A DNA stretch of 64,000 bases from IMG/VR virus record IMGVR_UViG_3300032303_001959, positions 8,845-72,844 of that record. One strand, written 5' to 3'. The stretch comes from a virus. Its lineage: Duplodnaviria > Caudoviricetes. Of the stretch, positions 10,136 through 19,533 are shown one piece after another (positions within the stretch are counted from its first letter, which is position 1; every line of letters starts with the position of its first letter). Both the position numbers and the translations under genes were made by a program. Below the pieces are notes generated by a model. It did no database searches. It had not been told where the DNA came from and saw nothing but the letters and a program-made list of their open reading frames with translations.

Positions 10136-13100
10136 TAAATATTTCCTCCTACTTGCTCGACCAAAGTTTGACAGTGTACAAACATTTTTTGAATAGTTGC
10201 GTTGCCTGTCCACACGACACGAGCCTGAAAGTCATAGCCGTGAGAGAACATCCTATTAGTCAGAGGGTCAGCCTGCTCCCGAGGGTTCATGAGCCGGATT
10301 TGAGGTGCAAATTGAGGTTTGAGGTTTGCAATAGTGGATAAGAATCCGGAAGAGTCTACCTGATCAGGTGTCGCTCCTGCCTGATTGAGCCCGTAGGGAG
10401 TTATAGTCACATTGTAAGAGGAATCCGGAAGAATGCTTGGGTACGAGATTTTAAGATAAAGGTAACTGCCTTCTGAGCGATATAGGTTAAAGAATCTGGA
10501 TGCTGTTCTATTGGTGGGGATAGGAACGTTTACTGTTCTAAAAGAACCATAAAAAGTCGAGTAGTCGGTTGAGCCAGACACAAGAGCAGAAACTTCCGAC
10601 GGTTTCTTGGTGGACACAAGGTAAGATACCCCGATTGAAAACGGTGTAGCTCCGGTGCCTGGAGGCGTTGCGCCAATAGAGAAGTCGAGACGAATGCCTA
10701 AACCTCTAGTTGAACGGGTAGAGTACTTCGAAAGATCAATACTATAAGACTCAGTCGCAATCGAAGATGCTATACCTACTTTTTCAATCTTATCTCCAGT
10801 AAGAGGTGCAACAGAAACGGACGTCTCGGGCAGCATGTAAAAGTTGTCCCAGAAGATCCAGCTGGGGTATTGATCGGGTTTGTAATACACCTCGACGTCC
10901 GTCTGGTCTCGAAGATTAGCAAACCAGAAATCGGAACGTATGATTTTTTTTAACTCAAACATTGACCGGAATGAATAAGCAGAAGTTTCAAGCTCCGCCC
11001 GAATAGGAACAGAGCCGGAAGAGCTTCCGGAAATAGCTAAAGAATATTGAGTGGAGTTTCCGGCGGGCATTGCAGTAGATGCAGCGGCTACTAAATACAA
11101 GAAACCTTTTGTTTGAACGGGACCAAGATCTATGTCGAAGGTAGCTTTTCCAGAGGCTAGGCTAGAAAGGGCTAGTTGCTTTGTTTTAACAAAAGGAGCT
11201 ATTTCTGGGTTCGATAAGATAGTGTTTGCCGGCACGTTTAACTGACTTACCACATAAGAGAGAGATATACTTTGCGTGCCCATACCATTTGAATCCCAAC
11301 CCGTGGCGGCAGATTCGTTTTCTGCGCTGAACAAAAGTTTTACATTTTGTGGCCCAAGAGATGAAATACTCGATAAATTAAAAACAGCGCTAGAAATTCC
11401 AGATAAAGACGAGCCTTCGTAGGTCCCGGAAAGAAAACCGACAGCAAACGTTAAGTCGTTACCGGCTATTGGGCGATCTTCGTGGGCTTTTGAATCAACT
11501 TCCCACACGCCGTTAAGATTACAGCTTAAACCCAAGATAAATGCTCTGTCTCTACGTCCAAAGTCTCCAGCAATGACTTGGAGCATATCTAACCCAGTCC
11601 ATATGCCATCATAAGCCGCGGCCGTTTTACCAAGACTCCCCGTCATGGAGTTAAAGTCTAGGCTGATAAGGGCCTTATAAACTTTCTTGGACCGGCTGTT
11701 AATTGATTCGGGTTGATACTCTTGGGGAAGAGCGGTCATCAAAACACGACCGCGATCGGTGTAAGCAAGACTTACGTCTTGCAAAAGATGAATTGGCTCC
11801 TGATTTAAAATGTAGTTCATCTCGGCGCTCATGGCCGTATTCCCATACGTCTCCATCTCTGCAGTTGCATTTTTGTAGGTACGAAGTCCGTCGTTTGACC
11901 GGAAAAATAGATCGCCGTTTACCTGTGCAAATGCATCGGGTCCAACAGCTCCAATATTCGTATAAAGCACAGTTTGAAAACTAGAAGTAGTGCCCCACTG
12001 ATCTCTTGGAGTCATCACGTTAAAAGTCGCGGCTCCAAATTCGCAAAACACAAACAACTGCCCCTGCCCGGCTACAGTATTTTGCGTAGGTACAAATTGC
12101 ATTCCGGTAATTCTGCCCATGAAAGAGGGCATTAAAAGACTGCCACCTTCATTCAAATAAGTATTCTCAGTGTTAAAAAGAACTGAAGCCCTTGGGTCAG
12201 TCAACGGATAAAACTTTTCGTCCAACGCTGTTTTGCCAGCACTCACATTGACGTGAGAGCCAACTAGATCGAGAGCTTTAATTTCAAAACGATTTGGATT
12301 GGCTATGAAAAGCCTCCCCTGCCCGTAAGCCATAATAGAACCGGTGGGTACCTCAGAGGGGTTGGCAAGTATCGCATATGCTTTAGCACCTGTTCCGGTG
12401 CCGCCAGAGAAAGTAATTGTCGGGGCAGAAGTATACCCAGTGCCAGCATTTGTAATTGTAACGCTTTCAACTTGTCCGCTCGTTGCGTTAATTACGGCGG
12501 TAGCGGTGGCAGTGGTGCTTGTTCCACCAGGAGCAGTTATGGTTACAGTCGGAGCTGAAGTATACCCAGACCCTCTATTTGTAACCACAATACTAGTTAC
12601 GGTTCCATTTCCTGTGCCAAAAGAAAGAGCAGGATTAACATCATATGCGCGGCGAATATTTTCTCCGTCAAAGATAAAAGGCGCATGGACTCCGTCTTGA
12701 ATGATCAAATATTTTTCTGCCTGACAAAAATAATGCCGATTAGTCTTGTGATTCTGATCAGGCCAAGGTCGGCTTGTTTGTGTAGAGTCTCTTGAAAAGC
12801 GAAGACTTAAATCGGCGTTTGTAGATCCTTGTACTGAAGCTTTCGCATTTTTGCTAAATCCCTCGCCCCCTCCTCCAGCTGCAACACTCACATAGTTAAG
12901 AGCGCCTGCAACTGTTGTGGCGGAAGCAGAAAAACCTTTGCCTGTTTTTCCTAAAAGCAAACCTATGGGCAGTGGATCTTCAATTGTGACTTTTGAAGCG
13001 TCTGTCAACCCAACACCAGAGTTTACCTTACCTGCTCCAGCCACACGCAATGTGTAATACGTCGTGTCCATAAACTTTGGAAGATTTGTATACCCAACTG

Positions 13101-13740
13101 AACTTGAAGATATGTCGTAAGTTCCGGTCAGACTGCCCACAGTAGAAGAAGAGTTAGCTGTGTACGTAAAAGTTTGAAGTGTTGGGGTTGAGGTGACTAT
13201 TGCATCTGAAACAATCAAATGCGCTTTTGAAGCAGGAGCTGTAACTGAAACTCGATCCCCTGGGTTTAACTGATGCGGTACAGGCGTTTCAACGGTGGCT
13301 ACTGTTCCGGCGCATGTGATTTTAATCCCAGTCTTGGCAGACAATGTTGTTCCGTTTGTGCCATTTAATCGGATTATTTTCTTTGTTTGCGGATCAATTC
13401 TAAAAAGCCAACCGTCTGCAGCCGCAATAATATAGGTTTTTCCCTTTCCGGAATCAGCCAGGTCTGAAGCTTCGTCGCGATTCGCGGGCTGCGTGAACAA
13501 CGTGGCGCCTTGAAAATAAGCTTCTTGAAAAGCAGTGAGCGCATCTGGATCTTCGGGGTCCGATTGTAGATCAAGCTGAACAAACCCAGGCCGGGTCTTT
13601 ACAATTCCACCTCGGGCTGTGACGTTTACACCAAGTGCATAGCTTTTTTGACTGATCATGTTTGGTTCCTTTGAGGAATCCATGCCACTTTCCAGCCCGT
13701 TAAACCCTGCTACCTGACGTCCTGCATCTTCTATGGCCAT
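10135..13740 (-). CDS. tail nozzle / tubular protein B-like with inserted beta domains
   Basis: 1201 aa in the tail module. [14 protein letters not shown] start, [13 protein letters not shown] repeats, and an AELETSAY...[14 protein letters not shown]-terminus typical of podovirus nozzle proteins. Confidence 0.6.
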   Translation of the reverse strand: MAIEDAGRQVAGFNGLESGMDSSKEPNMISQKSYALGVNVTARGGIVKTRPGFVQLDLQSDPEDPDALTAFQEAYFQGATLFTQPANRDEASDLADSGKGKTYIIAAADGWLFRIDPQTKKIIRLNGTNGTTLSAKTGIKITCAGTVATVETPVPHQLNPGDRVSVTAPASKAHLIVSDAIVTSTPTLQTFTYTANSSSTVGSLTGTYDISSSSVGYTNLPKFMDTTYYTLRVAGAGKVNSGVGLTDASKVTIEDPLPIGLLLGKTGKGFSASATTVAGALNYVSVAAGGGGEGFSKNAKASVQGSTNADLSLRFSRDSTQTSRPWPDQNHKTNRHYFCQAEKYLIIQDGVHAPFIFDGENIRRAYDVNPALSFGTGNGTVTSIVVTNRGSGYTSAPTVTITAPGGTSTTATATAVINATSGQVESVTITNAGTGYTSAPTITFSGGTGTGAKAYAILANPSEVPTGSIMAYGQGRLFIANPNRFEIKALDLVGSHVNVSAGKTALDEKFYPLTDPRASVLFNTENTYLNEGGSLLMPSFMGRITGMQFVPTQNTVAGQGQLFVFCEFGAATFNVMTPRDQWGTTSSFQTVLYTNIGAVGPDAFAQVNGDLFFRSNDGLRTYKNATAEMETYGNTAMSAEMNYILNQEPIHLLQDVSLAYTDRGRVLMTALPQEYQPESINSRSKKVYKALISLDFNSMTGSLGKTAAAYDGIWTGLDMLQVIAGDFGRRDRAFILGLSCNLNGVWEVDSKAHEDRPIAGNDLTFAVGFLSGTYEGSSLSGISSAVFNLSSISSLGPQNVKLLFSAENESAATGWDSNGMGTQSISLSYVVSQLNVPANTILSNPEIAPFVKTKQLALSSLASGKATFDIDLGPVQTKGFLYLVAAASTAMPAGNSTQYSLAISGSSSGSVPIRAELETSAYSFRSMFELKKIIRSDFWFANLRDQTDVEVYYKPDQYPSWIFWDNFYMLPETSVSVAPLTGDKIEKVGIASSIATESYSIDLSKYSTRSTRGLGIRLDFSIGATPPGTGATPFSIGVSYLVSTKKPSEVSALVSGSTDYSTFYGSFRTVNVPIPTNRTASRFFNLYRSEGSYLYLKISYPSILPDSSYNVTITPYGLNQAGATPDQVDSSGFLSTIANLKPQFAPQIRLMNPREQADPLTNRMFSHGYDFQARVVWTGNATIQKMFVHCQTLVEQVGGNI

Positions 13741-13770
13741 ATGGTTATTTTCTCAGAAATGAAAGAGGTT

Positions 13771-14190
13771 TCAACCTTTGGACCTCAATACTTCCCAGTT
13801 ATCACGCCAAGCTGAATTAGCGGCAAAGTAGATAGACTTTGTCTTGGGTAGCTTTGCCCGTGGGATTACAAACACGGCATCCTGCGGAATGTGGTAGAAG
13901 ATAAAGATATCGCAGTCGGTTTTGTTGTAGATTGTCTTTACTTTATTGGTTTTAAGAAGAGCTCCGTATCCGTAACCAGGACCTTTTACGGCCAGAAATT
14001 TAAGCTTGTTGCGAGTCTTTGTGTCTGAGGCACCTGCCGTGGTCTTAACCTGAACTCTTTTGAGTTTTCCTCTCCAGTCGGTTATCAAATCGTACCCCTC
14101 GTCAATTACGGGTGTACAAACCAAAAACCCCTGCTCCAAGAGTTTTGCGGCCACTCTTTGCACTCCAATAGCCCCTATACGAAGGCTCAT
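13771..14190 (-). CDS. PD-(D/E)XK endonuclease (PDDEXK_5-like, free-standing)
   Basis: GAIGVQRVAAKLLEQGFLVCTP..GYDLI....LKRVQVKT. ATGA overlap with the endolysin stop. Confidence 0.7.
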   Translation of the reverse strand: MSLRIGAIGVQRVAAKLLEQGFLVCTPVIDEGYDLITDWRGKLKRVQVKTTAGASDTKTRNKLKFLAVKGPGYGYGALLKTNKVKTIYNKTDCDIFIFYHIPQDAVFVIPRAKLPKTKSIYFAANSAWRDNWEVLRSKG

Positions 14191-14714
14191 AGCCAAGACC
14201 TCCCCAGAACATTAACCGCTAGCCTGCGACGCCTATAAACCCCATCTCCGTCGCGAGAACCACCCCCATTAGTGTTTCCCTCAATCGTTAAAAGCCACTC
14301 CCCGTCGTTTTTCTCTACAATACCGGTATGCGCTACCCGGCCCATGCTGTTAAACCAGATCCCAAAAACATCGGCAGGCTTAAGGGGTGTACCTTTTCGT
14401 GATCTGTCCCAAATAGGACGGTACAGCATTGTGGGTGACCAAGCCGTCCGGGGGTATGGGTTAAGCGGGCGAGTAAAAGTCTTGTCCCCTATCCAAACAA
14501 CAAAAGCTGCGCACCAAGGCGCTCGAGAACCTTTTAAGCCTACGGAGTCTAGGATCTCGTCCACCACGGGCCCGTCGTTCTGTCCCGTAGCTTCTGTAAT
14601 CCCAATGGCTTTTCTGGCCGTTTCGACAACCCGATTCCTCGCATCCGCATTACCCAAAGAAAGATTGGGGTAGGCAAGCGCAAGAGTAATCGCAAAAACA
14701 TATCTTATCGGCAT
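14187..14714 (-). CDS. endolysin, CHAP-type peptidase with N-terminal signal/anchor
   Basis: GITEATGQNDG, APWCAAFV (Cys), HTGIV (His), TIEGNT. Hydrophobic N-terminus. Confidence 0.8.
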   Translation of the reverse strand: MPIRYVFAITLALAYPNLSLGNADARNRVVETARKAIGITEATGQNDGPVVDEILDSVGLKGSRAPWCAAFVVWIGDKTFTRPLNPYPRTAWSPTMLYRPIWDRSRKGTPLKPADVFGIWFNSMGRVAHTGIVEKNDGEWLLTIEGNTNGGGSRDGDGVYRRRRLAVNVLGRSWL

Positions 14715-15046
14715 GACAGGATGGCTGCCAGTAACAGGACGGAAAACATGGCTGCAAAAACAAACAGCCTTGTCCGTGGTCCCGATTCCTTCCAGTCATC
14801 GCTGAGCGCACCTCGGTCGACGTATTGATCCAGTATCTTCCAATCCAACTGAAGCACCGTCCAAGCCATGAACGTGCAAAATAGAAATCGAACTGCACCA
14901 AAAGCTAGGACGTGCAGAGAGCCGAGATCTACGGTCCCGGCCGTAGTGTCAAACCCTTGAAGGATCGGGCCTAAAAAGAAAAAGATGATAGTGGCTACAG
15001 CAATAGCCAAGAGCCCCTGGATGTTTGAGAAAAGCCAGCGTTTCAC
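14705..15046 (-). CDS. holin-like membrane protein (about 3 TM segments)
   Basis: Hydrophobic stretches, lies in the lysis cluster, GTG start overlaps the upstream TGA. Confidence 0.55.
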   Translation of the reverse strand: MKRWLFSNIQGLLAIAVATIIFFFLGPILQGFDTTAGTVDLGSLHVLAFGAVRFLFCTFMAWTVLQLDWKILDQYVDRGALSDDWKESGPRTRLFVFAAMFSVLLLAAILSCR

Positions 15047-15426
15047 CAGGGAATCCCAATGAACTTGCGAACCACCCAAAGAATCGGGCCTCGTGCGGCA
15101 AAAAGGATTGCGGCAATCAAGGCCCCTCTCCACATCCATAGCTCACCAAGAGCTTTACGTTGTTTAGCTTTCCAGATCTCAGCGTCTTTAACAGCTTCGT
15201 TGCGTTCTTTGACTGCTTCCTCAAGAGCTTCGGTATTTACAAAACAAGCCTGCTTGGCTGACTCTAATTGCTTTTTAGCCTCTTCGATATGAACTTTAGC
15301 CTCGGGATTGGCAACAGCTGAGGCTGCATCCAGCCGGGCTTCGGTAGTCGCAAAATTGGGCAAACGCTTGGGGGATACGGTAGAACAACCCGTAAAAAAC
15401 AACGCAACCACTAGTAGGGTCGGCAT
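15043..15426 (-). CDS. lipoprotein with C-terminal TM helix; candidate unimolecular spanin
   Basis: MPTLLVVALFFTGC lipobox, helical/coiled-coil middle, C-terminal hydrophobic GALIAAILFAARGPILWVV. Confidence 0.6.
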   Translation of the reverse strand: MPTLLVVALFFTGCSTVSPKRLPNFATTEARLDAASAVANPEAKVHIEEAKKQLESAKQACFVNTEALEEAVKERNEAVKDAEIWKAKQRKALGELWMWRGALIAAILFAARGPILWVVRKFIGIPW

Positions 15427-15442
15427 ATGTGATAGTATCAAT

Positions 15443-15464
15443 TACTTCCTTGCTTTTGTCAATA
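15443..15464 (-). promoter_or_regulatory. conserved promoter/operator box; sigma70-like promoter
   Basis: Minus strand TATTGAC-AAAAGCAA-GGAAGTA; TTGACA-N17-GATACT. Confidence 0.6.
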
Positions 15465-15465
15465 A

Positions 15466-15672
15466 TTAACGGCCGTTAACCTTATCCCAAAACCATTGTC
15501 CAAAAATTGTAAGCCCCAGGGTAATTGTTGCTACAATCCCGTATCCCCTGTTTATGTGCCCTTCTACCTTGTGAAGACGACCGTCGTGGCCGGTAAGCAG
15601 ATCAAGCGTAGAATCAACTTTAGTCTCGATTCGAGCCAAACGTTCCCTGATCTCGGATTGATCTTCGCTCAT
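15466..15672 (-). CDS. XhlA-like holin / hemolysin-like protein
   Basis: EIRERLARIETKVD coiled coil plus a single C-terminal TM (GYGIVATITLGLTIFGQWFW). Confidence 0.55.
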   Translation of the reverse strand: MSEDQSEIRERLARIETKVDSTLDLLTGHDGRLHKVEGHINRGYGIVATITLGLTIFGQWFWDKVNGR

Positions 15673-16073
15673 TTGAGCTTCGCAATAACTGGCCGTAGCC
15701 GGTCGCAAATTGCGTCTCCGTTTAGCCCGAGCAAATGCCAGAGCTCATTCTTCTTATTGAAGAACCAAGCAAAATGTTGCTTGGTCATCAAATCCTCTGG
15801 GTACGCAGATTGGGTGCCGTATTTCTGAGCGTATTTCAAATCCCAAACAGCCTGTTCAACAATTGCCAGGCCGAGGTCTTTGATTAAATGCTCAGGACAT
15901 CCCGGTCTCGATTGAGTCGACGAAGTTGCCTTGTTTGGCTTGCGGGGTTTCATTCGAGGCCATTTTGTCCTTGGGCTCAGCTTCTTCATCACCGACGGGG
16001 TGGCCCTCGACGGAAACAAGGCAAAACATATCGCCTTTGATGTAGCCTTCTGCCATGAACTCAAACGTCTCAC
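15669..16073 (-). CDS. hypothetical protein, start uncertain
   Basis: The C-terminal LAIVEQAVWDLKY...LRPVIAKLK part looks coding and its TGA overlaps the next ATG. The N-terminal part overlaps the 15892..16131 gene. Confidence 0.35.
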   Translation of the reverse strand: MRRLSSWQKATSKAICFALFPSRATPSVMKKLSPRTKWPRMKPRKPNKATSSTQSRPGCPEHLIKDLGLAIVEQAVWDLKYAQKYGTQSAYPEDLMTKQHFAWFFNKKNELWHLLGLNGDAICDRLRPVIAKLK

Positions 16074-16131
16074 CTTCTTTAACTCCGTCTGGGAGTTTAA
16101 AACCTTGCGGAATTGGAAATGTTTCTTTCAT
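15892..16131 (-). CDS. small acidic protein downstream of the capsid gene
   Basis: 79 aa, MKETFPIPQGFKLPDGVKEGETFEF... Confidence 0.55.
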   Translation of the reverse strand: MKETFPIPQGFKLPDGVKEGETFEFMAEGYIKGDMFCLVSVEGHPVGDEEAEPKDKMASNETPQAKQGNFVDSIETGMS

Positions 16132-16171
16132 AACTAAATTTATAAGTTTCTTTCGTTTTTTAAAATATGAC

Positions 16172-16201
16172 TGCCCCAGGGGGATAAAAACCCCTGGGGC
16201 A
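16172..16201 (-). terminator. hairpin terminator after the major capsid gene
   Basis: Perfect 11-bp stem TGCCCCAGGGG/CCCCTGGGGCA 15 bp after the capsid stop; weak U-tract. Confidence 0.6.
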
Positions 16202-16215
16202 ATCGTTCAAGTCAA

Positions 16216-17727
16216 TTAAGCAACCCAGAGCAGGTCAGCCTCGCCACGTTTGTGACGAATGACATAACCCCACTCAGGGCGAACCGGCTTAGAACCGTTC
16301 GCGAACGTCGCGCGGAAAAACCCGTTTGCGCCGTCCGGATTGGTTTCACGATCGGGGATGTTCTTCCATCTGAAGTCACCGCGATAGCCTTGAGCATCAA
16401 AGCCCATTTCACCCATCGAGCCCAGGGGCTTCGGAACAACGGAGTGATACACTTCGTTGATGAGGATGATGGAATCTTCGTAAGCAGCCGAGAGGTAGCT
16501 TGCGTTGATGTCGTATTTGTTGCCTTTGGTGGCCGAGGTGCGAACGAACGGGAACACGCGCTTCCATGCGAAGAGCTTGTCCGTAGCAGACGGGCTAGTA
16601 ACAGCCGCGCTGATCGTTACCGAAGTAGCCGTCAGGGCTGAGACCACGCTAGTGGTGGATTTAACCGTCGTGCCGTCGTTAGCCGTGACAACCAACACAT
16701 CGCCAACTTCCACACCGGTGGAATCAGCAACCGTGTAAACTCCGGACGAATGCGCAGTGGCCGTGAGGGCAATACGATTGTACCGGGGAGGATACGGATC
16801 AATGATGTGGTAGAAGCCGCCGAAGGACCGTTCCACGCCAAGAGGAGTGAGAAGCTCATTCGGTTTGGAGGAGAAGCGGTAGTCGCTACGGATATCGCTG
16901 TTGAGCTTGATAATGTCATCGCTGGTTTCAGCGCTGGTGATCAAGTTGAACACAGGGGCTCCGTTTTCCTTGCCTTGAGCGGCCGTACCGGCGCCGTCAC
17001 GCAGCAACCGCATATAAACCCGACGCAGGATTCCCTGAGTCAGTTTGCTGGTCGCATCAACCAAGGGGCTGAAGGAAGAAGTATCGCTCGACACGGTTGC
17101 GTAATTCAACGCGGCGTTTGAAGCGCTCGAACCAGTCGGAGTGATCTTGTTCTGTGCCAACCGGACGTATTCGTCCTGGTAGCGGGTCGTCCAGACCAAA
17201 GCGGTTTGCTCGGTCAGGATGTTCATGATCTGAGTCAGCTGCTCTTTCCGGCGCACGGGGTAGCGCAAATCTTCGAGCGAGATGTTCGGAGATTCGAGCG
17301 CAACACGACGGAGGTCGTAAGTGCGGAGGGTTTGAGCAAACTCAACGTTAGCAAACTTAGGAAGCTTGCCGTTGTTGGCGTTATCTGTCGAAGCAGTCAA
17401 CGCACTAGCTGCACCTGAGGTAGCTTGAGTATATGCATTGAAGCTGGTGTAGGTCTGATCGGTAGGGTTTGACCCGAGGATCGAGGAAGTGCCCGTCCAG
17501 ACAGACTGAAGATCGAAATCGTTCTGCCGTCCGTTACGGGCCGCCTGGGGGATAGAACGCTCGTAGGTCAGCACGCTGACCCGATCGCCCATCTCGTCGG
17601 GGAAAGTATCTTGTTTAATTAATTTGAGCCAAACATTGTTATCGACCGTTTTGCGGTAGATCTCGGGCCCAATACGTCCAGCTTCCTTAACAAGGAGCTG
17701 CTGAATGTTATCGTATACAGTAGCCAT
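16216..17727 (-). CDS. major capsid protein
   Basis: 503 aa after the scaffold gene, with a strong SD (AAAGGAG) and downstream terminator. Sequence is consistent with the HK97 fold (ALESPNISLEDL..., GDFRWKNIPD...NPDG). Confidence 0.8.
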   Translation of the reverse strand: MATVYDNIQQLLVKEAGRIGPEIYRKTVDNNVWLKLIKQDTFPDEMGDRVSVLTYERSIPQAARNGRQNDFDLQSVWTGTSSILGSNPTDQTYTSFNAYTQATSGAASALTASTDNANNGKLPKFANVEFAQTLRTYDLRRVALESPNISLEDLRYPVRRKEQLTQIMNILTEQTALVWTTRYQDEYVRLAQNKITPTGSSASNAALNYATVSSDTSSFSPLVDATSKLTQGILRRVYMRLLRDGAGTAAQGKENGAPVFNLITSAETSDDIIKLNSDIRSDYRFSSKPNELLTPLGVERSFGGFYHIIDPYPPRYNRIALTATAHSSGVYTVADSTGVEVGDVLVVTANDGTTVKSTTSVVSALTATSVTISAAVTSPSATDKLFAWKRVFPFVRTSATKGNKYDINASYLSAAYEDSIILINEVYHSVVPKPLGSMGEMGFDAQGYRGDFRWKNIPDRETNPDGANGFFRATFANGSKPVRPEWGYVIRHKRGEADLLWVA

Positions 17728-17736
17728 ATTAGTGTT

Positions 17737-17934
17737 CTCCTTTCAGAGAGAAAAAGTAAGAGTTTAAAAACAAGAGGAGAAACCAACACGGTTTCCCGTA
17801 GTTTTCAAAATTGGATCTCCCGGCGGCATCCCGAGACTTTTATTGCCCGCGTGACCACTTCCATTTTTATAGGTCGTGCCCTCAAAACCCGCTTCCGTTT
17901 TTATAGGATCTCTAAGGCAGATGAGAGTATGCGT
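17737..17934 (-). promoter_or_regulatory. structured ~190-nt 5' leader of the capsid gene with two hairpins carrying the same 15-nt loop
   Basis: CCTATAAAAAYGGAAGYGG at 17855-17873 and 17889-17907 (minus sense), closed by different stems. Two further hairpins lie downstream. Confidence 0.55.
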
Positions 17935-17956
17935 TACTGCCTGCGGTCTGTCAATA
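17935..17956 (-). promoter_or_regulatory. conserved promoter/operator box upstream of capsid
   Basis: Minus strand TATTGAC-AGACCGCA-GGCAGTA; TTGACA-N17-CATACT. Confidence 0.65.
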
Positions 17957-17964
17957 CCTAATAC

Positions 17965-19197
17965 TTATTTCAGCCCTTTTTCAAGCGCATCAAGAAAGCC
18001 AACATCGGAAGATATATCGGGTGAACCAGTCTTAGCATCTCCACCACCAGCTCCAGGAGTGGCAGTACGGTATTCACCCAAAGCTTTCTTCAGTCCGGCA
18101 ATTTCTCCCTGGCTCTTTTTTACGTAACCCTGGAACAACTGAACCATGAGGGGCATTGCTACCGCTTGATAAGTCAAAGCAGCTCGAGTTTCAGTATCCA
18201 AATCAGACTGCTCAACAAGCATTGCTTGTTCACGAAGGCCATCAACGCGGGAGTCCCATTCTGGATTACCCGTCTTTTTTAGAATAGGCACTTCCTGAGT
18301 GAAGCGGTTCCAAATCTCGTTGTAAGCCGTGGTGGTTTCTTCCTGAGCTTTCTTTTGAGCAATTTCCTGCTGACGGGTCTGCTCGGCTTGTTGAGCGAGC
18401 TCACGCCTACTAATCTCCTGCATTGCCTTGTCGGCGTTAGTGAGAATAACATCGCGTTTGTTATAGAGTGCGTTAAGTTCATCTACCCGACGACGGACGT
18501 CAACGGCATCAATTGGGTCAAGATTGGTGAGCATTTCTTTAACTGCTGCCCTGCGTTGAACGGGGTCAGTAATTGCTGCGGCCCGAACAACGGCATCCGC
18601 ATCCATTTCGTACATCTTGGCCATTTCTTGAATGGTGTTAGTAGCTTCACGAATAGGAGCATCAATCGCAACCTTGTACTGCTTGGTGGCTTGTACGCGG
18701 GCTACGGAAAGTTCGCTCTCGTACTCATCTCGTTCGGCTTTGAGGGTCTCAAGTTCTTTGCGAAGAATATCGAGTTGAGGAGAAGTCTCCTCCCCAGAGT
18801 CCTCAACCTTAGTTGTCTCTTTGTTAATCTTGGACTCTAATGCGGCCAACTTGGCTTTGGTGTCACGGAGTTCAGTTGTAACCTTCGCAAAAGCCGTTTG
18901 AGCGGATTTGGTAGCCTCTTTTGGCAACTCAGGAGCGGCTTCTTCCTTTGCGGCTTCAGGTTCTTTCCCAATCGCCTCTAGCACATCGTCCGGAATATCC
19001 AGTTTGTTCTCCAAAACCTTGGCAGGCGTTGCTTCTACCTTCGCCTCTGTTTTTGCAGGTTCAGCTTTAACAGCTTCAGGAGCCGTGACAGCTGTATTAT
19101 CAGCAGGTTTAGGAGTTTCTGTTGCGGGCGTAGAAGGAGTATCTAGCGCCACGTTCAGTGCGTCCAACAAGCCAAGTTCAGGAGCGGGTGTGCTCAT
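17965..19197 (-). CDS. capsid scaffolding protein
   Basis: 410 aa, Pro/Ala/Glu-rich N-terminus and long coiled coils, between portal and capsid. Confidence 0.7.
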   Translation of the reverse strand: MSTPAPELGLLDALNVALDTPSTPATETPKPADNTAVTAPEAVKAEPAKTEAKVEATPAKVLENKLDIPDDVLEAIGKEPEAAKEEAAPELPKEATKSAQTAFAKVTTELRDTKAKLAALESKINKETTKVEDSGEETSPQLDILRKELETLKAERDEYESELSVARVQATKQYKVAIDAPIREATNTIQEMAKMYEMDADAVVRAAAITDPVQRRAAVKEMLTNLDPIDAVDVRRRVDELNALYNKRDVILTNADKAMQEISRRELAQQAEQTRQQEIAQKKAQEETTTAYNEIWNRFTQEVPILKKTGNPEWDSRVDGLREQAMLVEQSDLDTETRAALTYQAVAMPLMVQLFQGYVKKSQGEIAGLKKALGEYRTATPGAGGGDAKTGSPDISSDVGFLDALEKGLK

Positions 19198-19487
19198 TCG
19201 TTATTTTTTCCTTTGTTTTCAGTCCAGGGTTCCGGCAACACTGCCGGCTGCTCCGCCAAATTGGTCAAAGCCCCAAAGTTTCTGAGACAGTCATAAAAAC
19301 CTTCGCGTCGTGCGTTTTGAAGTGCGCCGTACAAGGCAATGTCCGCACCTTCAGGAAGTGCGGTAGCTCTGGGCAAAGCAAAATCCACAAGTACTTCAAA
19401 AGCTTTAGCTAAAGCTGGCTGTTGAAGTAACTGTTTAAGTTCCAGTTGAAGGTCTTCCCTTTTACGCCATTCGTCGATAGTCATCAT
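19194..19487 (-). CDS. small head protein (Bbp19-like position)
   Basis: 97 aa between portal and scaffold, ending ARREGFYDCLRNF; ATGA overlap. Confidence 0.5.
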   Translation of the reverse strand: MMTIDEWRKREDLQLELKQLLQQPALAKAFEVLVDFALPRATALPEGADIALYGALQNARREGFYDCLRNFGALTNLAEQPAVLPEPWTENKGKNNE

Positions 19488-19495
19488 ATATACGT

Positions 19496-19517
19496 TATTG
19501 ACAGACTTATGCCATTA
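19496..19517. promoter_or_regulatory. conserved operator-like box
   Basis: TATTGAC-AGACTTAT-GCCATTA in the portal/Bbp19 intergenic gap. Confidence 0.45.
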
Positions 19518-19533
19518 TGGCAAGCACAAAATA

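Noticed and set aside
13771-14190. Group I intron around the PD-(D/E)XK endonuclease
   Set aside because: The flanking genes are intact and tightly packed, and no intron core sequence is visible; treated as a free-standing nuclease.
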